From positions 7,130,001 to 7,194,000 of the forward strand of contig OU015566.1 in the NCBI GenBank assembly GCA_907165135.1: a stretch of DNA of 64,000 nt. Direction: 5' to 3'. The notes under the pieces were generated by a model. The model was not told where the DNA came from, did no database searches, and worked only from the letters and a program-made list of their open reading frames with translations. Below are positions 27,301 through 36,801 of the stretch, in pieces. Position 1 is the first letter of the stretch, and each line of letters starts with the position of its first letter. The position numbers were made by a program, and so were the translations under genes. The DNA is from Oikopleura dioica. Taxonomy: Eukaryota; Animalia; Chordata.

Positions 27301-27638
27301 TGGTCGTCATTCCAGGAATGACTTGCTGCGACTCGTACACTTGTCAGCCAAGATCTTGTTCCGTCGCTACTACTGTCGATTTCCTTCAAGTTGAAGAATG
27401 CGTTTCACTCGAGAAGGAAAATCTGACTACTTGTGCTGGCTACTGCGCTTCAACAACGGAGTTGATGGAGACTTTCAATGGCACTGAAAAGATGAAATCA
27501 TGCACTTGCTGCTCTGCAGTGGAATCAACAAAGAAGCAGGTCGACTTGATGTGCCCAGGCGGCGTTCGAGTCCGATATGAACACGAAGAAATCACTCTCT
27601 GCTCTTGCAACGCCTCTCAGTGTTCCAATGAGAACTAA
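12326..27638 (+). CDS. Giant secreted gel-forming mucin / hemolectin-like protein, about 5,070 aa: Sushi, VWD-C8-TIL x3, CysD (WxxW), F5/8 discoidin, Thr-rich PTS, two further VWD assemblies, VWC, cystine knot
   Basis: Exon 1 (12326-12388) splices via intron 12389-12495 in frame into ORF 12727-15102. A -1 shift at 15011-15014 continues into ORF 14889-27638. Motifs: FKTFDG, HFETFDG, FGDPHFTTFDG, WGDPHYQTFD, GLCG, CysD EWTEW...CLDYEVRFFC, terminal C..CAGYC...CTCC...C...CSC. Confidence 0.93.
18108..24400 (+). repeat. Degenerate ~270-codon internal repeats in the mucin Thr-rich region
   Basis: Units start TTEGKTLASTVSVTEGP (18108), TTEGTPVSSTVSVTDGP (18924; 816 nt later), ATDGTSLSSTVSVTESP (19719, truncated) and TTDGHTISSTVTVTETP (about 21478). 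Weaker copies lie near 23020 and 24130. Most share an ITG..(T/S)T..P...(V/I)P(I)ST motif. Confidence 0.8.
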
Positions 27639-27981
27639 ATATCTTTCTGTATCTTTATCTTGTATGACTGTCAGCGACAATTCGTCTGGCAGATACAAAA
27701 ACACGGGAAAAACAATTTCTTTATTATTTGGTGAAATAAAATATATTTATTCAAAAAAATTTGACTTTTTTTGGAGAAAAACAGTGCTTCTATTTCATTG
27801 AAGTGTGAAGCTCTTAAACTAACGCGCGAGTAAATTCTATGCAGGCGTAGATAAAGGTCGGAAAATTACGCAAACTGGCGCAGTTCCTAGAGTGTATTTG
27901 TCTTTTACTTTTGATACAATAAAACTCGAACTGCTCCATTCCAAATCAGAAGAGCTTGAAAAGAGATAATAAGATCTTCTT

Positions 27982-30428
27982 ATGGGCAAGGTAGTCAAAT
28001 GGGTCGGCATTGCCTTTGGCACAGCCGTCGCTTTAGGAATCGGAGTAACCATTGGTTGGTTTAGTAAACCTGATGGTAAGTTCTACTTTTAAATTGGTAA
28101 ATAGCTCTTTGAAGCTATTGAGGACCCAGTTAGTGACCTTCCTGATCCTGAAAATGACGGTTTCGATTTCAAATTAATCGACGAGTTCACCAATGCCGTT
28201 GATAAAAAGTTCCTTGAGCAAGAGACAGAACATCTAAGCACAAAAATTCGATGGGCAACGAGCCAGGGCGATTATGAAATGGCTGATTATATCATCAATA
28301 AATGGAAAGATCAACTCGATGATGCTTGGTCCCTCGACTATCAGATTGTCCATTCTTACCCCGAAGAAGAAAATTGCTATGCTAGGCTTGTTGGTGGAGC
28401 TAAAGAATTTACCCTTCGTAAAAAAGAAGATGCAGAAGAACTGCAAAACGATGACCAGGTCCTTATGTTTTACAATGCCTGGGCTCCTTCTACTGAAGCC
28501 CCAATTTCCACATCCAAGCTTGTCTACGGACACTACTGTAATGAAGACAATGTAAACTGGCTGTTGGACCAAGACAGCGATATTTTTGACGGAGCAGTGG
28601 TCATTTGCAAATATGGTGGCGGCGCCGGGCGGCCAGATAAGGGCAAGAATGTAAAACCACATGGAGCCGCTGCGGTTTTGATCTTCTCCGATCCTTATGA
28701 CGCCTCCGACCCGTCAGACAAAGACTTTCCCGAAGGACCTGGAATTCCAGAAGATACTGTTCAACGAGGCTCGGCAAAATACAAACGAGGCGATCCTACT
28801 TCTCCCGGATATCCATCAATCGACGGAGCTTACTTTGATGACTTGGAAGATCTACTGAATTACACTAGAACTCAAGTAGAAAGTCCACACATCTGGGCAC
28901 CCCTTCCTTCCCAGCCCATCGCCTGGGGCGACGCGAAATATCTTCTCTCTCAACTTGAAGGAGGCCCTGTAAATTCAGAATGGATTAGCGAAACTGCGCT
29001 TGATACTCTTGAGAATTTCGGAGGATCTTTGAAAGACAACCAGATGTTTGAACTTCAAATCGCTGTCAAATACGAGCGCAAGAAATCCCAAGATGTCATC
29101 GGCATCATCGAAGGATCAGAATACCCAGATGAATATGTCCTGATTGGGAATCACCGAGACACCTGGGTCAAAGGAGCAATCGATGCTGGAGCTGGAATGA
29201 CAACGATTTTTGAAATTTCGCGGCTCTTCAAAGAACTGGAAATTCGACCAAAAAGGACGGTGGTCTTCTGCTCTTGGGGAAGTGAAGAACATGGACTGAT
29301 GGGAAGCATCGAATTTACCGAGGAATTCCTGGCTGTTCTCAAAGAAAGAGCGATTCTTTACGTCAATGCCGGTAAACCATATTTTTGGCTTTTCTCACGC
29401 ATTTTTAGATGTGAGTTTCAAAGGAAATGAATATTTCTACTCATCCGCATCTCAACAAATGCACGAGCTGGTTTTCGAGCTGACCGACTACATAAAAGAC
29501 CACAACGACGAAAGCATGACTGTTACCGAAAGATGGGCAGAGAAAACTGAAGCTACAGGAAGACCTACTATCGGAAATCCAGGTTTCATAATAATGATAT
29601 TCTTGATTCTGATTTTATAGGTCTTGGTTCCGACTACGCTCCATTTCATCAATTCGCAGGCGTACCGATTGTTGATGTCGGTTTTAATCAGAAAACAAGA
29701 AAAGTTTCTCAATATTCAACCTATCATACCGGTGAAATATCTTCGCAAACAATCTCTTTTACAAAATTAAAGGATACGACAACCTCGAATATCTTCATAT
29801 GATCGACCCTGGATTTTCCGCGGCGAAGAAAGTCACTGAAATCGCTGGTGCTATTTTGATCAGAGCAGCATGCTCTGACTACTTCCCCGTTGATCCCTCT
29901 CCAATGGCTGATTACGTCGATAGTTTGGATGAAAAACTTCCGGAAGTGGGCAGCGAGGTTTCGACCGAGCAACAAAATTTGATCAAACGAGCAAGCGCGT
30001 CTTTCAAAAATCAGGAATTTGGTCTTACTCGATGTTTTATTTTGATTTCAAAAAATTAAAGAACCATGACAAGCTTCGAGCAGCGAAGCAAATCTATGAT
30101 GACAGTGATAGCATGGACAAAAAACGATCTTTCATGAGATTGTTGAATTACTCAAAATACCTAACCGACCAGAACTGCTGCCACCCGATCCAACATGATC
30201 TTCAAAATGTGGTTGTTTCAAGTCGACAAGAAGGTGGACCGGCAACATATCCCGGAATTTCAAACTACTTTGGTCTTGGAGACAAGGAAGAGATCCAACG
30301 ACAGGTTAATTAATAATTATTTCCTAGGTATAACGAGTCTTTAGGTTGGAATCTTGATCACTCGACTCAACGCTGCCGCTGATTACTTGAATCTGAAACC
30401 GTTTTCTGTTCGAGCGAACGAGCTCTGA
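27982..30428 (+). CDS. Type II membrane M28B peptidase, glutamate carboxypeptidase II / NAALADase family
   Basis: N-terminal TM segment (MGKVVKWVGIAFGTAVALGIGVTIGWF) and a PA domain. Zinc and catalytic motifs are retained: GNHRDTW, GAIDAGAG, SWGSEEHG, YVNA|D across the intron at about 29372-29408, and STYHT. Ends ...SVRANEL* at 30428. Confidence 0.92.
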
Positions 30429-30852
30429 TTGAATAGCCTTTGAATTCTTAGACTTTCAATAAACGCCCAAAAATTTCTTTTTCGTAAAGCTTGCAAGAAC
30501 CATAAAAATTTTTCAATTATTGTAAAAGAAGCTAGCGAGGGAGCTTTCTTTCCTTCCTCCAGAAAACATCTACCAGCTTGTTTTTGTTCTTTGAAAAGTG
30601 AGGCTTTATATGTTCTCGATCACGTGTATAAGTTGAATAAATGATGAGAATTTTTCAAATAAAAGCAACTTGCTGTTAGTCTCTTCGTTCAGTTGATCTT
30701 CCTTTTTTCAAGAGATGTTTTTCTAAGTTTTGATATTTTTTATAGATTTTTCGGGGTTTTACGGGGCATTATTTATTTTTTCATAACATATTTTTTCCAG
30801 AATATTTTTTGATTTTTTCAAAGAATTTTTGATTCATATTCATCCCTCAAAG

Positions 30853-33800
30853 TAATGAAAAGTACTGGTTGTCCGTTCCCATTGTTGACAGGAATTTGGA
30901 CCTTTGCATTTCTTACTGCAACAATTTACCATGCGATGGAATTGCACTGGCGACGCAAACAGCAACAACTTGTGGAATTATTAAAGCTGGAAAATTTAAC
31001 GACGCTATAGGAGAGGTTAAATTGAAAAGAGACACTACTCTGAGTGTCGAAGATACTGTGATGTTTTTATTCAACTTTCCGAGGACTGGATTTTATCTCA
31101 ATTCTGCGAGCAGTGGATCAGTCGAAGATTATTTGTTTCTAAAATGGAAACTGAAATCTGGTCATTCTTTGACACCCGCCCATGGAGATTCCGATGGTGC
31201 TTTAAAATATCAAAGCGATGATGGAAATATTAATTTTCATTCTGTACCAAGCCAGAGCGATTTTTTCGATCACTTTGAGCTTGACGAATGGGGGCAACAG
31301 TCGATTATTATTTACGAACACGATATTGACGAGTGCTCTTCAGGGACTCATAATTGCGGTACTTACATGAATTGTGAGAATACTGAAGGTTCTTTCGAGT
31401 GCTCCTGTATTAATGATCTTTACTACAAACTCGAACCAAGTGGAAATGCATGCCGAGATATCGACGAGTGCAACGAAGAAAGTCCAACGGGAAAGCAATG
31501 TGACCTCGCCACGACCAACTGCGTAAATCATATTGGCATCTACGACTGCCCTTGCAAATCTGGCTACGAGAAAAAAACAGAATGGGAATGTCAAGACATC
31601 AATGAATGCACAACGACAGATCCTTCACTCAAACATAATTGTGATTCGAGTAAAAATGAAATCTGTGAGAATCAACCAGGTGGTTTCAATTGTCTTTGCC
31701 CAAGAAAAAGTTTGATCGACAGAAGGAAAAAAATAAGTCACCATATTTGAAAAAAAAAATTAATCAAACTCAAAAAAGTGGCTCTACCAGAAATGCCACC
31801 ACCAATAATTGCGATGACATCAATGAGTGTGAGGATTCCACGACCGCGTGTGGTAACGATCACCAAATCTGTACCAATACAGTTGGAAGTTATGAATGTT
31901 CCTGTGTCACTGGCTTTCAACCACAGTCAAATGCCAACCTCAATTCGCCCAATGATTTAGTTTGCAAAGACACCAACGAGTGCCAAACTCCGGCGCTTGT
32001 GCTTCAAAACTGTGGGGTCAATGTTACTTGTGACAATACAGTGGGGAGCTTTTCATGCGACTGTCAGTACCCGGGCCATTTTTACAATGGAACAGGGAAA
32101 ATCTGCCTTGATATCAACGAGTGCCTCGACTCCGCAAGCTGTCCAACTTACTCAACTTGTGATAATTTCGACATGTCTTATTCATGTACCTGTGATGATG
32201 GCTTTTACGGAGAATGCACCGGAAGCAGCTGCGAAACGTTAACTTGCGAAGACATAGACGAGTGTGCTGAATTCATATGTGACGAAAGCATGGAGTGCGA
32301 GAATTTCATCGGCTCGTATTCATGCTTCTGCCGCCAGGGGCTTATCGAAGAAAGAGGCAAATGCGTCGACATTGATGAGTGCTTAGACGAAAACAATTGT
32401 CCGGAAAACAGCAGATGCGAAAATTTCGAGGCGTCATACAGCTGCAAATGCGACGAGGGCTTTTACGAAAATTCGTGCGAGGGAGTAGACCATTGTGCGG
32501 ATTTCCGCTGCGAAGACATAGACGAGTGCTTGGAGGAGAATCTCAACGTCTGTGAAATAAAGTGTTTGAACAATCCCGGCAACTACACTTGCGATTGCCC
32601 ACTGATGCTAGAAAAAGTTGGATTTGGAGGATGCCAAGCTCAGGAGGTCGAAATACAACTCGACTTCGATGCTCAAATGATCGTCGTGAATGCTTTTTCG
32701 ATTCTGAGCGACAAGATTTCCAATATTTCAAACGCAATCGACGCGAAAACTCTTGCCATCGCAGAAGGCATTGATGCTGCGGCGAATATGACCGAGGGTA
32801 TTTTGAATAAAATGATGGATCCAAAGAGCATTTCGGACAAGTTTTTGCACACTTTAACTTCTTCAAATCTCGATCTGGCGATTTTGCTCGAACCAAAAGC
32901 GCAGGAAGTGATTCAACAACTCGAAGATCTTCTTCAGAAAATCAGTTCGGATGACTTGTCCTCTGATAAGTTTCACATGGCTGAAGGTGGTATCATGCCA
33001 AATTTCACCATCGATAGCTTGTCTCAAACAAGATCGTCTGAAGAGCCAGTAATCTGTCAAATAGACATCAACCCTTTTATCTACACAAAGACCGATCTAA
33101 ATCTTGAGCAGCGGTTCTTGTTCATCAAAAATTACTCTGGCACTGCGACAATTACAGCAACAGACAAAACTCTCGTGCCAGACAAATTCGCGAAAACATT
33201 GAAAAGTGACAAGGCAGAAATAGTCAGATTTGATTTGGTTAGAGAAGAAGACTTTTTCATCTTTTTCGAATTGCCCGAAGATGTCAAAATTGAGGTGTGG
33301 ATCGAATTTTGGAAAGCTCCAGAGCCAGAAGTATTGAAATTCCGGCATCAGGTAAATTTGCCTATCACAAAGACGGCTTCTGAAGTTTCGTCGACTATTT
33401 GTGACCCATTCGGAAAGTGTGTTGGAAACGAAGCTGGTATTTTTCTGAATAAAGATGAAATCGCAAAATGTTTTTCAAGACCTCAGTGCTCAATCTTTCT
33501 TCAAATTTACTCATCCCAAGATGCTGAAATCACCATTCATCCCTTCTCAAAAACTTGCGTTGCTGATCAATCGAAGAAATGGAGCACCAATAATTGCAAT
33601 GTCAGCCCACACTCGACATTCCACGAGCTCAAGTGCTCCTGCCAGATCGAGGAAGAAGTTAAAGTTGCAGTTATGACCGGAAAATTTGAAACAAAGGAGG
33701 ATTATTTATCCATTAAAATCGCGAAAATCATTGAGCTAACAATCACGATCTTCCCGATCCTCCTCGCTGGAATCTGGTTTCTATCTCTCAGCAAAGCTCG

Positions 33801-36751
33801 AGCGACAGATCGAAAACTAATCCGAAGACTTCAGCCACAACAAGTGGCGGTAGTCGAAAACACTGTAGCTCCTGAGCTGACGATAATCATTCTCGATTCT
33901 TATTATTTGATCGAGGCAGCGCCCAACTTCGTCAACATCGAAATACTTTATATTGACTTGATTCAAAAGCGTAAAACTCACAAGCTTATACTAGGAAGAA
34001 AAGACTGCAATATCATTCATAATGGAGGAAAAACTGTTTTTATTTGCAACATGCCGATAATGAAGGTTCTTTCAGTCAAATTATGGATTGACTTCAATGC
34101 GAAAAAAAGCGTTTCCTTTTGGCCAAAGTCGTTGGAATTCAGAAGGCTTGGGAAGTATCCAAGGAAAGCTGGCGCTTATGACGTACGGGTTTTGAGTTCT
34201 TTCGACTCCCTGGTCTTGTTCGACGAGCGACTGTCTGTCATGACCAATGACACGACGATCACAAATGATGTCAACATCAAATCAAGACGGCAAGGGAGAT
34301 TGTTAGAGTACATGATCGAATACAACAACTGGTTTGGAATCAACTTCAAGAAAAAATACTCAAGCTTCAATTGTCAAACACGCATCATTCTCTCAGGCTT
34401 CACTCTATCACTTGCGATTCTGTTGAATTTGCTTTTCTACATTAATTTCATCCCCGGAGAAGTCCTTCAATTTGGAAACTTCCTGCTTTCCTTTTCGCTT
34501 ATTCTTTCAATCCCAGCTACACAAGGGATGAATCTTCTAGTGACTTTTGCTGTTCGGAAAATTTTCATGAATCTCCTACCAGCGGAATTGTCCGTTACGA
34601 GGACAGAGAAACGACGGAGCTTTCTCGTGATGTTTTTGGTCGGAGGAATTTGTGGATGCTTGAGCTTAACTGTACTCTATTACCCGAAGCTCAACCGGAT
34701 CAGTGAAGAAATTTGGTACTCGTCTGTTTATCTCACTTGCTTATTCGAAACTGTCATTACTCCGAGCTTGATCTCAGTTCTCCTTTATGTCTTCAACACC
34801 GAAATCGCCCAATCCAAATCCTTCAAACTCTTCTTTCCAAAAAACAAGCCCGAGTTTTACTCAGGCGAGTACGAAAGCTTACACCAAGAGAATTTTCTCA
34901 CACGGAAAGAAATCTCCAAAATCGTCAATTCTTCAAATCAACGCGAAGATTTGATTCGAACGATCTTCAAATTTGCCGCTTATCTCTTTCTTATAAGTTC
35001 TTTATACGGCCTCAGTACAGTCATTTTGCCTTCTGAAAAGTTTCATGTGGATCGAAATTTCAGAAATCATCTCGATTTCGGTAAAGAGCTCCTCACAATG
35101 GATAACATGTGGGACACAGTGAAGACGAAAGTTCCAGAAATCATGCACCGAGATGCCTTTTACAATGATAAAAAGCTGTCGTTCAGGGAGCAAAAATTTG
35201 CATCAGACTTTGTCAATTTCCGCCTCGGTCCAGCTTCATTTATTCAATATCGTTCACAGTGCGGAGTTTTCGATAAGAAATGGGTGCCTGCGCCAGAGCC
35301 AATATCAATTGGAAATCTCAAAAGAAGAAAGATCTCTCCTTCCCACCTACCCTGGCTCTCTGAAACAAGAAGTTTTCTGCCAGATGATATTTTGCTGAAA
35401 ACGAACTTGGAACTAACCGGCTGTGAGTTTTTCGCTGAGTTGGGTACTTCAAGAGAAAGCGCAGAGTTCATGATCAACGAACTGTTTGAAAATGCCTGGG
35501 CAGATGAAAAGACAGAACTGGTTATTTTCGAGCAGAGCTTTTTGAACATGAACATCAACTCTTTCATCCAACTTCGGTTGATTTTCGAGTTCCAAGAAGG
35601 CGGGGCCATCTTCCCATCACTCTCAATTCAACAGCTCAAAAACGTTGATCTCTCCGACTCAATTCTAGCGCTGAGTTTGTCGGTCTTTGCGATTTTCTTT
35701 CTTTACGAAATTTATGCTGTTGGAAAGATTTTCTACCTTCGGTGGTTTTGCTTTGTCACGATTTTTCAAATAGTCCTATGCTTGCTCGACGCTGGAATCC
35801 TCGCATTGTATATTCTTAGGACAAAGTTTCTGTCCAAAGCAATTGCACATTTTGTGATGGATCCGAAGGGCAGTCCGAAATTTGCAGATGTTTTCTTGGT
35901 GCAATATTATTTTATTTCAATGGTGGCCATTTCTTTATTTCTTCATACTCTTTTCCTCGTTCATATTTTATCGACGCTCTCTGTTGTCAGAAGTAATTCT
36001 TAATTGAGTAATGCAATTTTAAGATTTTTAGTGTACAAAATCGTCCTCAGAAAGTTGAAAATCACTCTAGCTCCTTATGTGGTTGGAATACTACCGATTC
36101 AACTTGGCATTTCTTCAGTTATTTTTCTCATTTACCAGAACTCTTCAAATTTGTTTCGCACTTTTGGCCGGACTTTCTTCACGATTGTTTGGCAAGGCTA
36201 CCTCAAGCCTTCAGGTAGGAAGAAACTAAGCTACAATAAAAACGCCTGGTCTGGGACGGTCAAAAATACGCTTGGTTTGGGACGGTCGGGCCGTTTAAAG
36301 ATCAAAGGCGCACGCCCAGGGGGTGATTTTTAACTTATTGCGAGCAAAATTGGCGCTAGAGAGGATAATGAAAAAACGCCTGGTTTGGGACGCTTTTGTT
36401 GATTAAGGCCGTCCCAGACCAGGCGTTTTTACTGTACTGTCGGTTTAAATTTGTTCAGACATGAATGCCGACCTCGAAAGTCTGCTAGACAACGACTGGC
36501 GAAGATTGGCTCAAACGATTTATTGCGTTTTGAATTTTTCGATGATGTACGTTTCGATGAACATGATAATTGCCATCATTTGCGATACAAACGTCGATGT
36601 CCGAAGAGAAGAGTTTCATCTCGACTGGCTCAACTTGGCGGCAAAATATTTCAAGAGAAAAATCGTCAGGATGAAAAGAAGAACTCAGTACATTTTCAAT
36701 TATGACAGCGTGCGTGTCAATCCGAATAGGCGAAATGCTATTTGGGAATAA
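30853..36751 (+). CDS. Polycystin-1-like protein: PAN-like start, 9 cbEGF repeats, GAIN/GPS-like region, TM, PLAT-like region, further TMs, polycystin (TOP) domain and channel-like TMs; 5' end uncertain
   Basis: D(I/T)(D/N)EC repeats at 31322-32640. GPS-like KWSTNNCNVSPHSTFHELKCSC. TOP-like RLGPASFIQYR and AWADEKTELVIFE...LRLIFEFQEGGAIFP. Final exons at about 36032-36211 and 36459-36751 end in a TM segment and ...NAIWE*. Confidence 0.85.
36234..36434. mobile_element. Tc1/mariner-type MITE, 201 bp, in the last intron of the polycystin gene
   Basis: TIR CA(A/G)TAAAAACGCCTGGTCTGGGACGG at both ends, flanked by TA at 36232-33 and 36435-36, with internal partial copies of the TIR motif. Confidence 0.85.
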
Positions 36752-36801
36752 AAAAACTTCTTTCAATAAAAGAAAATTGAGTCGGGATTGTTCTTTTTTA
36801 T

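Noticed and set aside
29985-30080. Possible GC-AG or GA-AG intron in the NAALADase gene
   Set aside because: A canonical GT-AG solution (about 30021-30079) also keeps the frame, so a non-canonical donor is not required.
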